From positions 1,856,001 through 1,920,000 of the forward strand of contig CAWCDG010000004.1 in NCBI GenBank assembly GCA_963794325.1: DNA of 64,000 bases, in the 5' to 3' direction. Under the pieces are notes generated by a model, which saw only the letters and a program-made list of their open reading frames with translations, made no database searches and had not been told where the DNA came from. Positions 9,670 to 19,546 of the stretch are shown piece by piece (the first letter of the stretch is position 1; each line of letters starts with the position of its first letter). This DNA comes from an uncultured delta proteobacterium (GTDB taxonomy: Bacteria; Desulfobacterota; Binatia; Binatales; Binataceae). The translations under genes and the position numbers were made by a program.

Positions 9670-10953
9670 ATGGAGCCAGTGGCTGAAAGAGAGCATTCCG
9701 AGCCTGCCGATACAGCAGCACCGCGCGAACTGCTGATGAACCAGCGCGAGGCCGGCGCGATCCATTTGAGGATCGTCGCGATTGCCTTCGCCGCGTGGAT
9801 TTTCGACTTCTACGATCTGGTGCTCTACTCGTTCCTGCTGGTCCCGGTCGCGCGCGAACTCCATCTGACGCCCGAGCAATCGTCGCTGGCGCTTGGAATG
9901 TCGCTACTGATGACGGCGATCGGCGGAGTCGGTTTCGGATTTCTAGGCGATCGCTTCGGGCGAAAACCGGCAATCGCAGCAACCGTCGCAATCTACGGCG
10001 TCGGCACGGCGCTGTGCGGATTCAGCCACAGTCTCACGCAGCTGATCGTCTTTCGATCGATCACCGGACTTGGCATGGGCGGCGGATGGGCTCCCGGGCA
10101 AAGCTTGATCGCCGAGAGCGTTCCGGCAGAGCGGCGCGCGCGATATGCGGCGTACGTGCAGACCGGCGCGCCGCTCGGCGTGTTGCTCGCGGCAGCGGCG
10201 GGCGGCTATGTCGCACCCGCAATCGGATGGCGCCTGACGTTCATGCTCTCCGGCGTACCCGCGATTTTCGTCGTCGCTGCCGTAATGAAGTGGCTGCCCG
10301 AGAGCGACGTATGGCGTCGCACCCGCACCGACGTGAATCACGGCGTCGATTTGCGCGCGATCCTGCTTTACCGGCGAATCTTTGCGCTGCTCTTCATCGT
10401 CGTGCTGCTCGACTCCGAAGCATACTGGTTCACGTATACCTGGATGCCTGGATATCTGGAGCTCAAGCGCGGGCTAACGGCGATAGCCGCGAGTCATCTA
10501 CTGATCAAGATGCAAATCGGCGGCGTGCTCGGATACCTGACGTTCGGACGCGTCGCGGACCGGTTCGGACGGCGTCCCGCGTTTTGCGCGTACGGTCTGC
10601 TGATGGCGGCCGGGACGATCCCGCCAACGATTCTGTGGAACTCAGCGGTGGCAGTGCCGGGACTAATCTCGGTCGCGATGTTCCTCGCGGGATTCGGCAC
10701 CGGCATCTGGGCGGGAGTCGCGCCGATGATAGCCGAATTGATGCCGACGCGAATTCGCAATACATCGCTCGGATTGCTGCTGAACGTCACGCGCGGATTC
10801 CAGTTCTTCACCCCGATTCTGATTGCGATACTCGGTGCGAAGTTCGGCTTCGGAGCAACGCTGTCGCTCGGCGCGGTCTTCTCGACGATGGGCGCCCTGT
10901 TGGTCTGGATTCTCCCGGAGACTCGGGGGCGGTCGATCACTGCGCTGGATTGA
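9670..10953 (+). CDS. MFS transporter
   Basis: GDRFGRK and ADRFGRR motifs, ~12 hydrophobic segments, PETRG. Confidence 0.9.
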   Translation: MEPVAEREHSEPADTAAPRELLMNQREAGAIHLRIVAIAFAAWIFDFYDLVLYSFLLVPVARELHLTPEQSSLALGMSLLMTAIGGVGFGFLGDRFGRKPAIAATVAIYGVGTALCGFSHSLTQLIVFRSITGLGMGGGWAPGQSLIAESVPAERRARYAAYVQTGAPLGVLLAAAAGGYVAPAIGWRLTFMLSGVPAIFVVAAVMKWLPESDVWRRTRTDVNHGVDLRAILLYRRIFALLFIVVLLDSEAYWFTYTWMPGYLELKRGLTAIAASHLLIKMQIGGVLGYLTFGRVADRFGRRPAFCAYGLLMAAGTIPPTILWNSAVAVPGLISVAMFLAGFGTGIWAGVAPMIAELMPTRIRNTSLGLLLNVTRGFQFFTPILIAILGAKFGFGATLSLGAVFSTMGALLVWILPETRGRSITALD

Positions 10954-10973
10954 CGCCGCGCTGGATCCGAGCT

Positions 10974-11060
10974 CCCTCACCCGCTCGCCGACATGAATGT
11001 CGTCGGACGACCTCTCTCGGCATGCGGCAAGCGACCAAAGTCGCTAGCCGCGGGAGAGGT
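10974..11060. repeat. CCCTCACCC...CCTCTC...GGGAGAGG REP-like palindromic repeat
   Basis: Same family as 48031-48187 and the copy split by the IS at 57567/58984. Confidence 0.6.
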
Positions 11061-11120
11061 AAATCCGTCGCCGCCAAGATTTCCTAACATGGACCCTACG
11101 AGTACTCAGAGTAAACTCCG

Positions 11121-11200
11121 TCCCGCATCTTTCTTTTCACTGGGTGCAGGGGTCACCCCTGCCCAAGGAAGTTTGAAACCCACGGCGGGTTTCATTTCAA
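11121..11200 (-). repeat. Composite repeat with GCAGGGGTGACCCCTGC core (copy 1)
   Basis: Reverse complement matches 41676-41724 and the starts of the copies at 36988 and 46598. Confidence 0.8.
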
Positions 11201-11992
11201 TTAAGTTCCTTCCGGTGCCGGTAGCCCGAACACGCGCGCCGCGTTGGCGATTACTTGTGCGCCCAGGATTGTCGCATCGACGCGGCGGAGATTCGCCAGC
11301 ATTTCGAGCGTGCGAGTTACGTAGGCCGGCTCGTTGCGCTTGCCGCGATACGGCTCGGGCGCGAGATACGGCGCGTCGGTTTCGACCATCACGCGGTCGT
11401 CGGGGACGATCGACGCGGCCTCGCGAATCGGTGCGGAATTTTTGAACGTGATGATGCCGGAGAACGAGATGCAGAATCCGAGCGCGAGAAACTCGCGCGC
11501 CGCATCGGAGTCGCCGGTGAAACAGTGGATCACTCCGCCGCGCGGTGGAATGCCGGCTTCGCGCACTATCTCGATGAGCCGGCGCTCCGCGTCGCGGCAA
11601 TGAATCACGATTGGCAGGTCGAGTTCCGCGGCCAGCGCGAGATGCGCGCGCAGTGACGCTTCCTGCGCGTCCGGCGGCGAATGCATGTAATGGAAATCGA
11701 GTCCGCTCTCGCCGATGGCGACGACATTTTTCGACGCGGCGAGATCGCGCAACTGCGCGATTCGATCGGACGTGCAATCCTTCGCGTCATGTGGATGCAC
11801 GCCGACGGCGGCGAAGATATTTTCGTGACGCTCCGCGATTTCAACGGTTAGGCGGTCGTTCTCGATCGGTCCGATCGCCCCGACCGAAATGATTTGCGCG
11901 ACGCCGGCGCCGGATGCGCGTTCGATCACGGCTTCGACGTCGTCGCAGAACTTCGCATCCGCGAGATGACAGTGCGTATCGATGACCATCAA
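11201..11992 (-). CDS. tatD: TatD family DNase
   Basis: IDTHCHL, GVHPH, AIGESGLD, HCFTG, ETDAPYL. Confidence 0.95.
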   Translation of the reverse strand: MMVIDTHCHLADAKFCDDVEAVIERASGAGVAQIISVGAIGPIENDRLTVEIAERHENIFAAVGVHPHDAKDCTSDRIAQLRDLAASKNVVAIGESGLDFHYMHSPPDAQEASLRAHLALAAELDLPIVIHCRDAERRLIEIVREAGIPPRGGVIHCFTGDSDAAREFLALGFCISFSGIITFKNSAPIREAASIVPDDRVMVETDAPYLAPEPYRGKRNEPAYVTRTLEMLANLRRVDATILGAQVIANAARVFGLPAPEGT

Positions 11993-13536
11993 GGGAGCGC
12001 TTTCTTTTCGACGCGCGGGAACAGCGGGGTGGTTGGATTTACGTGATGCCCCGGCTTGATGCCTGCGCCATACGGTGCGCGCGCTTGCGCTTCATCGACG
12101 TTCAGCAGCGCGAGGATCTTTTTTGACGTGATCGGCATGAACGGCTCGAGATTGTCGGCGACGACGCGCAGCCCTTCGACCAGGTTGGCGAGGATTTGTG
12201 CCACACGAGGAAGCTGCGCGGGATCTTTCGCGAGCGTGAATGGCGACGTCGCAACAATATATTTGTTGGCGGCGTCGAGCGCTTGCCAGATGGCTTCCAG
12301 GGCGCGATTGAAGGCGAGCTCTTCGACCAGCGGCCCGACTCGCGACGGTATCGAGGCGAATGTTTCGCTGAGCGCGATGTCTAACGGGTCGCCGCCGGCG
12401 CCTGGCGTCGCGGTGATCGCGCCTTCGAAGTATCGAGCCGCCATCGTGAGCACGCGGCTGGTTAGGTTGCCTAAGTCGTTCGCGAGGTCCGAGTTGTAGC
12501 GATCGATCACGCGCTGTTCGGTAAAGTCGCCATCGAGGCCGTAGGTGTATTCACGCAGGAGGAAGAACCGCAGCACGTCAGGCCCGAGCGTTTGCTGATA
12601 GGCGACGGGATCCTGAATGGTGCCGGAGCTCTTCGACATCTTCGCGCCACCGAAATTCAGATATCCGTGAACATTCAGATGACGATAAAGCGGCAAACCG
12701 GCTGACAGCAGCATCGCGGGCCAGTAGGTCGCATGAGTCTTAAGGATGTCCTTGCCAATGAAGTGCTCTGTCACTGGTAGGATCAGTTTCAATGACTCGT
12801 CGTCAGTGTTAGGCAGCTCGCTTAGGTAGGCCCAGAAGGCATCGTACCAGACATAGGTCACGTACTTGTCGTCGAACGGCAGCTCGATACCCCAATCGAG
12901 GCGCGCCTTGGGTCGCGAGATGCATAGGTCTTCCAATGGCTCATCGAGCATCCGCAGAGCTTCGTTACGATAGCGCTCGGGTCGGATAAAATCGGGATTG
13001 TTCTTGAAGTTTGCGCGGATAGCTTCGCGATGCTTCTCGAGCTTCAGGAAGTAGTTTCCTTCCTTGATACGCTCGACGGGAGTGTTATGCACCGGGCATA
13101 TGTTGTTGGGTAGCAGTTCCTTCTCGGTATAGAAGCGCTCGCATCCGACGCAGTAGAGACCTTCATAGTCCTTGAAGTAGATGTCGCCGCATTCATAGGA
13201 GCGCGCAAGCATCTTCCGCACTAAGGCTTGGTGCGCAGGATCAGTGGTGCGCACGAAGTAGTCATAGCTCACATCGAGCGCGGCCATTCCTTCGCGAAAC
13301 ATCGCGCTGATTCGGTCGGCGAATTCCTTGGGCTTCAGGCCGGCGGCCTCAGCCGAGCGCTTGTTCTTGTCGCCGTGCTCGTCGGTGCCGGTGACGAACG
13401 TAACGTTCGATGCGCCGAGCTTGCGCCTCTGAAAACGGGCGAACGCGTCGGTCGCCAGCGCTTCGTAGGCATGGCCGACGTGAGGCGGGCCGTTGCTGTA
13501 GGCGATCGCGGTCGTGATGTGGATGCGGGTGTCCAT
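11989..13536 (-). CDS. metG: Methionine--tRNA ligase (short form, no C-terminal Trbp domain)
   Basis: HVGH, GTDEHG, YVWYDA, KMSKS; start MDTRIHITTA. Confidence 0.95.
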   Translation of the reverse strand: MDTRIHITTAIAYSNGPPHVGHAYEALATDAFARFQRRKLGASNVTFVTGTDEHGDKNKRSAEAAGLKPKEFADRISAMFREGMAALDVSYDYFVRTTDPAHQALVRKMLARSYECGDIYFKDYEGLYCVGCERFYTEKELLPNNICPVHNTPVERIKEGNYFLKLEKHREAIRANFKNNPDFIRPERYRNEALRMLDEPLEDLCISRPKARLDWGIELPFDDKYVTYVWYDAFWAYLSELPNTDDESLKLILPVTEHFIGKDILKTHATYWPAMLLSAGLPLYRHLNVHGYLNFGGAKMSKSSGTIQDPVAYQQTLGPDVLRFFLLREYTYGLDGDFTEQRVIDRYNSDLANDLGNLTSRVLTMAARYFEGAITATPGAGGDPLDIALSETFASIPSRVGPLVEELAFNRALEAIWQALDAANKYIVATSPFTLAKDPAQLPRVAQILANLVEGLRVVADNLEPFMPITSKKILALLNVDEAQARAPYGAGIKPGHHVNPTTPLFPRVEKKALP

Positions 13537-13600
13537 CAGGAGATCGAGAATAGCTTGAGTGTCAGTCTCGTGCGACTGGGGCGCCTGACTGACCCTCGGA

Positions 13601-13700
13601 TTGACTGTGTAGCGGAGCAATGGAAAAATCGTCGAAACTTTTTTCAGGGCCGATTTCACCGGCCGAGAATTTGCCAACGCGGTTGTACGCGGCGCGCGGT
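13601..13700 (+). promoter_or_regulatory. Orphan promoter + degenerate leader unit of the array (no CDS)
   Basis: TTGACT-17-AAAAAT with extended TG; TTTGCCAACGCGGTTGTACGC at 13670; no SD or ORF follows. Confidence 0.55.
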
Positions 13701-13838
13701 GCGGCGTTAAGAGTAAGCTGGCACCGAAATCGTCGTCATATTCCTGAATGCGCGAGAAGAAGGTTGCGGGCGGGGTGTCAACGACACTCCGTCCGCGTTA
13801 TTTCGCGATGCATATGACGCTTTATCTACCCAAATGAA

Positions 13839-13937
13839 TTGACTGTAGCTTCACATAGTGCGAGATTAGGCGCGCCTGAATTAGTTGACTGAGTGAAATT
13901 TGCCAACGCGGCTGTACACGCCGCGGGGAGGGGTCCT
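13839..13937 (+). promoter_or_regulatory. Array unit 1 promoter and structured leader
   Basis: TTGACT-17-GAGATT; TTTGCCAA-CGCGGC...GCCGCG-GGGAGGGG. Confidence 0.65.
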
Positions 13938-15641
13938 ATGGCAGGTTCGAATCAGCGCTTCACAATCGCGGCGTTTGCCTTGCCGCTTCTGTTTCTTGCG
14001 ATGTCCGGGATGGCGCGCGCCACCAACATTATTGTCAATACCACCGACGGTGGCAGCGACTCTTTCCCGCTGTGCACGCTGCCCGACGCAGTCACCGCGC
14101 ATAACATGCAGATGGCGACGAACGGCTGCGCCGCGGGAACCGGTCACGACACGATACTGTTCGGCGTCACCGGAAAAATCTTTATCCAGGATTCGCTCGA
14201 AATCATGAACGGTACCCTGACCATCCAGGGACCTATCTTCGGCTGCTCGGGGCTGGGGCCATGCGGCATTACCATCGACGGTGGCGGCCACGTTCAGATA
14301 ATCAGAGCGGACTCGGGCACCACGGTCTTCCTGACTACCCTGACGTTTAACCATGGATTCGCCATCACCTCTCCAATCATACCCGACACCGGAGGCGGGG
14401 CCGTATACGCAGATGGCTCCGATTTGGAGATCAACGATTGCCTCTTCGTGAACAATAAAGCGAAGGGCGCAGCGCTCCCTACAGCACAGGTTTCCGGTCC
14501 CATAGTTCCCACGGTTGGTGGTTCGGGCGGGGCTATCTACGCAAATTCCGGTAACGTCGTCATCACGAACAGCACCTTTGCGAATAATACTGCCGTGTCG
14601 TCGACTCTACCCATATCACCGTTTGTTTTGATTTCCGAAAGCGAAGGTGGCGCAATCTATGACACCGACGCCAAGATGTACATTACCAACTGCACCATCG
14701 CGGATAACACTGCGCAGGAAGGTGGCGGCTTTGCCCAGGAGGTCTCGTCTCCCCTCCCCGGCATCAAAGGTACGATCTTTCAGAGCAACACGGTCGGCAA
14801 TTGTTCAGGATTAGCTGCCGGTGACATCGGCTACAATATATCGAGCGACGATAGCTGCCCGTTCCCCCTGATTACGAGCTCTACGATGACCGACTCGCTG
14901 TTGAAGCCGCTCGCCAACAACGGCGGACCGACTGATACCTTCGCACTTGATCCGATGAGCCCGGCACTCGGCCGGATTCCGGTCGCCAACTGCACCGATC
15001 AGCAGGCGATGCCGCAGCCGCTGGGAACTGACCAACGGCTCTTTGGCCGGCCTGATCCCTACTATCCTCCCGGGTGCGACAGCGGCGCCTACGAACTCGG
15101 CGCACAACCCCCTTACGTGCTGAACAGTGACCGCGTGCAGATAGCCCGCAAGCCTACCACTACAAATTCCGATCAGGTCAACATGGGCTTGACCTTCACC
15201 GCGAATGGCGATGACTCCTGCGACCTGGGTCCGCAGGGCGATGAGGACGCGCTTAATTTTGGCGTCGGTGTCGCGCTGGTTGAGGGTACCTGCGCCAACC
15301 TTCCCAACAGCGGATTGTTTGTGAACCTATTCCCGTTTGTGGTGCATACGGTCAACAAGCAGCAATACGGAACCCTGTTCCAGACCATTGGGCCCGAGCA
15401 GATCTCGGCCAGGATGGTAGCGTTTCCGCCACAGCCGGGGGTATGCGGCGAGTGGACGCTGAATCTCGAGGTGTCAGGTCTCAACACTCCGGCCTTGGGA
15501 CTCGGCGGCAGCAATCCGTTTGCGATATTGATCACCGACTTCGTTGACGCCGAGGGATGCTTCGACATCAACAACGCAATCGTCGGCAATCAGATTCCGA
15601 TACCTGGGCACGGCGTGCGACGCGGGGTGCATCGGCGGTAG
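13938..15641 (+). CDS. Secreted beta-helix / choice-of-anchor-Q-like protein, paralog 1
   Basis: Signal peptide (ARA); CTLPDA (CSLREA-like); GGAIY/FxxN repeats; LANNGGPT...DQR...CDSGAYE; PGHGVRR tail. Confidence 0.85.
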   Translation: MAGSNQRFTIAAFALPLLFLAMSGMARATNIIVNTTDGGSDSFPLCTLPDAVTAHNMQMATNGCAAGTGHDTILFGVTGKIFIQDSLEIMNGTLTIQGPIFGCSGLGPCGITIDGGGHVQIIRADSGTTVFLTTLTFNHGFAITSPIIPDTGGGAVYADGSDLEINDCLFVNNKAKGAALPTAQVSGPIVPTVGGSGGAIYANSGNVVITNSTFANNTAVSSTLPISPFVLISESEGGAIYDTDAKMYITNCTIADNTAQEGGGFAQEVSSPLPGIKGTIFQSNTVGNCSGLAAGDIGYNISSDDSCPFPLITSSTMTDSLLKPLANNGGPTDTFALDPMSPALGRIPVANCTDQQAMPQPLGTDQRLFGRPDPYYPPGCDSGAYELGAQPPYVLNSDRVQIARKPTTTNSDQVNMGLTFTANGDDSCDLGPQGDEDALNFGVGVALVEGTCANLPNSGLFVNLFPFVVHTVNKQQYGTLFQTIGPEQISARMVAFPPQPGVCGEWTLNLEVSGLNTPALGLGGSNPFAILITDFVDAEGCFDINNAIVGNQIPIPGHGVRRGVHRR

Positions 15642-15705
15642 GAACGCTGATGCCAGGTAAAAGGCTGATGCTGTTCCGTCTGTCTATTACAGTCGGTTTG
15701 CGACG

Positions 15706-15797
15706 TTGACACTAGCTCTGTCTGATGAAACAGTGTCTGGCCTAATTAACTGACGATATTTGCCAACGCGGCTATCATGCGCTGCGGGGAGGGGTCC
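15706..15797 (+). promoter_or_regulatory. Array unit 2 promoter and structured leader
   Basis: TTGACA-17-AACAGT; same leader motif at 15759. Confidence 0.65.
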
Positions 15798-17474
15798 ATG
15801 GCAATTTCGGTTCGGCGCTTTATGGTCGCGGCAGTTGTATTGCCGCTTTTTCTGCTGATGATATCGGGGCGGGCGCGCGCCGATCTTATCTTCGTCACTA
15901 CGCTCGATGGCAACAGCGATCCAGGGGCCTGCACGCTGCCCGATGCAATCGGATCGGCCAACACCGGCATACCCGAAGGCGGCTGCGTTATTTTACCGGT
16001 ATCCGGAGCTGATCAGATAGTCATCGGTCTAACCGGCACGATTTTCGTTGCCGCTGGCCGGCTTCCGCTGACCATTTCCGACACGGCTCTGGAGATCACC
16101 ACTTACGCCGACGGTCCGGTTGTGATCGACGCCGGTCTCAATGAGGTGGTGCCATCCGGGGGGATAATGTCGGTCACCTCACTCAACAAGTTTCTCAAGC
16201 TCACCAATCTGACGTTCGCGCACGGAAACTCCGAATTCGGCGGCGCCTTATACTCAGATACTGGCGGAGATGTGGATATCAAAGACTGCCTGTTTGTGAA
16301 CAATCAAACTACCCCTCAGAATAGTGTCTTAAGCGCGGGTGGGGCAATCTACGCGCATGCTGGCAGGATGGAGATCACCAACAGCACCTTTTACGAGAAT
16401 GACGCGCTGAAATACACCGCCACCATCGGTGGCGCTATCTTTGTCGACACTGCAGCGACGCTGAAGCTCACCAACTCGACCTTCGAGCATAACTACGCAC
16501 AAACCGGTAGTGCCATATACAATCAGGGAACCGCCGATGTTAAAGGTAACATCTTCGCCGACCACCTCGAGAAGGCGGGCACTGGCGTAGTGTCGCCTCT
16601 CGGCAACTGCGCCGGACTCACTGCCACGCCGGTGACCGACGAAAATTACAACGTCTCGGTCGACAATAGCTGCGGCTTTACCGCCGCTTCGAGCGTGAGC
16701 AACCAAACTGCTGCTCAGGTTGATCTGGATCCCGCAGGACTGGCGAACAATGGCGGGCCGTCGTTTACCGTCGCGATTCAACCCGGCAGTGTCGCGCTCG
16801 CCCGTATTCCGGTCGCGGATTGCACCGAACAGGATTCACACATGACTCCGCTGGGAACCGACCAGCGGCTCTTTGCCCGGCCCGATCCCCTCAACCTCTC
16901 CGCCTGCGACAGCGGCGCGTTCGAGTTTGGAGCGCTAGGGCCTTACACGCTGAATAGTCACCGGGTGCAGATAGCGCGAAACTCGAATATTGCAAATAGC
17001 GATATGGTCAACATCGGGATGACTTTCACGGCGAACGGCGATCCCGACTGCGACCTGGGAGTCGGTGGTGACGAAGACGCGCTGAATTATGGCGTCGGCA
17101 TCGGGCTCTTTCAGGGTACCTGCGCCTCGCTTCCATACGACGGACTGTTCCTGGTGCTGAGTCCTTTCGTGGTGCATACGGTTAATATGGAGCAATACGG
17201 AACTCTGTATCAGACGTTTGGACCGGTGACAGTCTCGGCCAGGATGGTAGCGTTCCCGCCGCAGATGGGGGTATGCGGCGAATGGACGCTGAACCTCGAA
17301 GTCGGTGGCCTCAATACCAAAAGCAGCAGCGTAAATCTTGGAGGCAGCAATCCGTTTGCGTTGCTAATCAGCGACCAGTACGACGTCGAGAGTTGCTTCG
17401 ACATCACCAATGCAATCGTCGGCAATCAGATCCCGACGCCGGGCCATGGCGTGAGGCGCGGGGTGCGGCGCTAG
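15798..17474 (+). CDS. Secreted beta-helix / choice-of-anchor-Q-like protein, paralog 2
   Basis: Same architecture as paralog 1; ATG follows GGGAGGGG. Confidence 0.85.
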   Translation: MAISVRRFMVAAVVLPLFLLMISGRARADLIFVTTLDGNSDPGACTLPDAIGSANTGIPEGGCVILPVSGADQIVIGLTGTIFVAAGRLPLTISDTALEITTYADGPVVIDAGLNEVVPSGGIMSVTSLNKFLKLTNLTFAHGNSEFGGALYSDTGGDVDIKDCLFVNNQTTPQNSVLSAGGAIYAHAGRMEITNSTFYENDALKYTATIGGAIFVDTAATLKLTNSTFEHNYAQTGSAIYNQGTADVKGNIFADHLEKAGTGVVSPLGNCAGLTATPVTDENYNVSVDNSCGFTAASSVSNQTAAQVDLDPAGLANNGGPSFTVAIQPGSVALARIPVADCTEQDSHMTPLGTDQRLFARPDPLNLSACDSGAFEFGALGPYTLNSHRVQIARNSNIANSDMVNIGMTFTANGDPDCDLGVGGDEDALNYGVGIGLFQGTCASLPYDGLFLVLSPFVVHTVNMEQYGTLYQTFGPVTVSARMVAFPPQMGVCGEWTLNLEVGGLNTKSSSVNLGGSNPFALLISDQYDVESCFDITNAIVGNQIPTPGHGVRRGVRR

Positions 17475-17505
17475 GAACGGCCTGAGTTCAGAACTGGTTC
17501 GATTT

Positions 17506-17546
17506 GCGGGCGAGATGCCAATAACGTCTCGCCCGCTCTATTTTTT
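17506..17546 (+). terminator. Intrinsic terminator, repeated after paralogs 2-4
   Basis: GCGGGCGAGA...TCTCGCCCGC hairpin + T-tract. Confidence 0.75.
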
Positions 17547-17578
17547 ACCTGGATGGTTGTTCCTTCTACTTTAAAGAA

Positions 17579-17681
17579 TTGACAGTGGGTCGCCGTAGTG
17601 GGAGACTGCGCGAGACACGCATCTAGCAATCTACTGACGATATTTGCCAACGCGGCCATCATGCGCCGCGGGGAGGGGTCC
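17579..17681 (+). promoter_or_regulatory. Array unit 3 promoter and structured leader
   Basis: TTGACA-17-GAGACT; leader motif at 17643. Confidence 0.65.
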
Positions 17682-19364
17682 ATGGCAATTTCGGATCGGC
17701 GCTTTATGGTTGCGGCACTTGTACTGCCGCTTTTTCTCCTCGTGATATCAGGGCGCGCGCGCGCCGATCTTATCTTCGTCGATACGCTCGATGGCAACAG
17801 CGATCCAGGGGCCTGCACGCTGCCCGATGCAATCGGATCGGCCAACAGCGCCATACCGGAAGGTGGCTGTTTCATTATCCCGGCACCCGGAGCTGATCAG
17901 ATACTAATCGGCCTGACCGGCACGATCTCCGTGGACGCTGCCCGGCTTCCGCTGATTATTTCCGACGAGGCTCTGGAGATCACCACTTACGGCGATGGTC
18001 CGGTTGTGATCAACGGCGCTGCCAAGGCGGGGGTCGACGGCGGGACGATGGTTGTTGAGCCGGACAACAAGTTTCTCAAGCTCACCCTGCTGACCTTCGC
18101 GAACGGGTTCGCCGAATACGGCGGCGCCATATTCTCACAGTCCGGCGGAGATGTGGATATTAAGGAATGCCTCTTCGAGAACAACACTGCGGAGTATTCC
18201 AGCGGTGGCGAGGGTGGGGCAGTCTTCGAGCAAGCCGGCAGGATGGAGATCACCAACAGCACCTTTTTTGGGAATGACGCCCTGAAATACTCCGGCACCG
18301 AGGGTGGCGCGGTCTATGTCAACCCATCCACGACCCTGAAGCTCACTAATTCCACTTTCGAGCATAACTACGCCAAATCGGGTAGTGCCGTGTTCAATAA
18401 CGACGGAACTGTCGACGCTAAGGGCAACATCTTCGCGGACCACCTTGAGGGTGCGGGTACCGGTATAGTGTCGCCGCTCGGCAACTGTGCCGGAACTGCT
18501 TCACCACCTGTTACCGACGAGAACTACAACGTCTCAGTCGACAATAGCTGCGGCTTCACCGCCGCTTCGAGCAAGAGCAACCAAACTGCTGCTGAGGTTG
18601 ATCTGGATCCCGCAGGATTGGCGAACAATGGCGGGCCGTCGTTTACCGTCGCGCTTCACGACACCAGCAGCGTCGCGTACGGCCTGATTCCGGTCGCTAG
18701 CTGCACCGAACAGGATTCACACATGACTCCGCTGGGAACCGACCAGCGGCTCTTTGCCCGGCCCGATGCCGGTGATCCTGATTTCTGCGACAGCGGCGCA
18801 TACGAGCTTGGAGCGCTAGGAGCCTACACGCTGGAAAGTCACAGGGTGCAGATAGCGCGAAACCCGGCTACCGGAAATAGCGATAAGGTCAACATAGGGA
18901 TGACCTTCGTCGCGAACGGCGACCCCGACTGCGACCTGGGTATGTATGGTGATGAAGACGCGCTGAACTATGGCGTCGGTATCGGGCTCTTTCAGGGCAC
19001 CTGCGCCTCGCTTCCGTATAACGGACTGTTCCTGGTCCTGAGTCCTTTCGTAGTGCATACGGTTAATAAGGAGCAATACGGAACTCTGTTCCAAACCAAT
19101 GGAACGGTGACGGTCTCTGCCAGGATGGTCTCGCTGTTCGCGTCGCCGCCACCTCCGGGAATATGCGGCGCATGGACGCTGAACCTCGAGGTTGCCGGAC
19201 TCAATACCAATAGCGCCAGCGTAAATCTGCCGGGCACCAATCCGTTTGCGCTGCTAATCAGCGACGGCTCCGACGCCGAGAGTTGCTTCGACATCACCAA
19301 TGCAATCGTCGGCAATCAGATACCCACGCCGGGCCATGGCGTGAGGCGCGTCCGGCGGCGCTAG
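17682..19364 (+). CDS. Secreted beta-helix / choice-of-anchor-Q-like protein, paralog 3
   Basis: Same architecture as paralog 1. Confidence 0.85.
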   Translation: MAISDRRFMVAALVLPLFLLVISGRARADLIFVDTLDGNSDPGACTLPDAIGSANSAIPEGGCFIIPAPGADQILIGLTGTISVDAARLPLIISDEALEITTYGDGPVVINGAAKAGVDGGTMVVEPDNKFLKLTLLTFANGFAEYGGAIFSQSGGDVDIKECLFENNTAEYSSGGEGGAVFEQAGRMEITNSTFFGNDALKYSGTEGGAVYVNPSTTLKLTNSTFEHNYAKSGSAVFNNDGTVDAKGNIFADHLEGAGTGIVSPLGNCAGTASPPVTDENYNVSVDNSCGFTAASSKSNQTAAEVDLDPAGLANNGGPSFTVALHDTSSVAYGLIPVASCTEQDSHMTPLGTDQRLFARPDAGDPDFCDSGAYELGALGAYTLESHRVQIARNPATGNSDKVNIGMTFVANGDPDCDLGMYGDEDALNYGVGIGLFQGTCASLPYNGLFLVLSPFVVHTVNKEQYGTLFQTNGTVTVSARMVSLFASPPPPGICGAWTLNLEVAGLNTNSASVNLPGTNPFALLISDGSDAESCFDITNAIVGNQIPTPGHGVRRVRRR

Positions 19365-19394
19365 GAACGGCCTGAGCTCATAACTGGCTCAATT

Positions 19395-19433
19395 GCGGGC
19401 GAGATGCCTATGGCGTCTCGCCCGCTCCATTTT
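19395..19433 (+). terminator. Intrinsic terminator (array unit 3)
   Basis: GCGGGCGAGATGCC-tat-GGCGTCTCGCCCGC + T-rich tail. Confidence 0.7.
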
Positions 19434-19446
19434 CTACCTTAAAGAA

Positions 19447-19546
19447 TTGACAGTGGGTCGCCGTAGTGGGAGACTGCGCGCAACACGCTTCTACCAATTT
19501 ACTGATAATTTGCCAACGCGGCTGTACGCGCCGCGGGGAGGGGTCC
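19447..19546 (+). promoter_or_regulatory. Array unit 4 promoter and structured leader
   Basis: TTGACA-17-GAGACT identical to unit 3; leader motif at 19509. Confidence 0.65.

Noticed and set aside
9795-11087. 430-aa alternative-frame ORF over the MFS gene
   Set aside because: Arg-rich shadow ORF typical of high-GC DNA, with no recognisable motifs
13718-13734. Sigma54 promoter (TGGCAC), also at 47463 and on the reverse strand of the leader motif
   Set aside because: No GC at the -12 position (GG-N10-GC is not satisfied)
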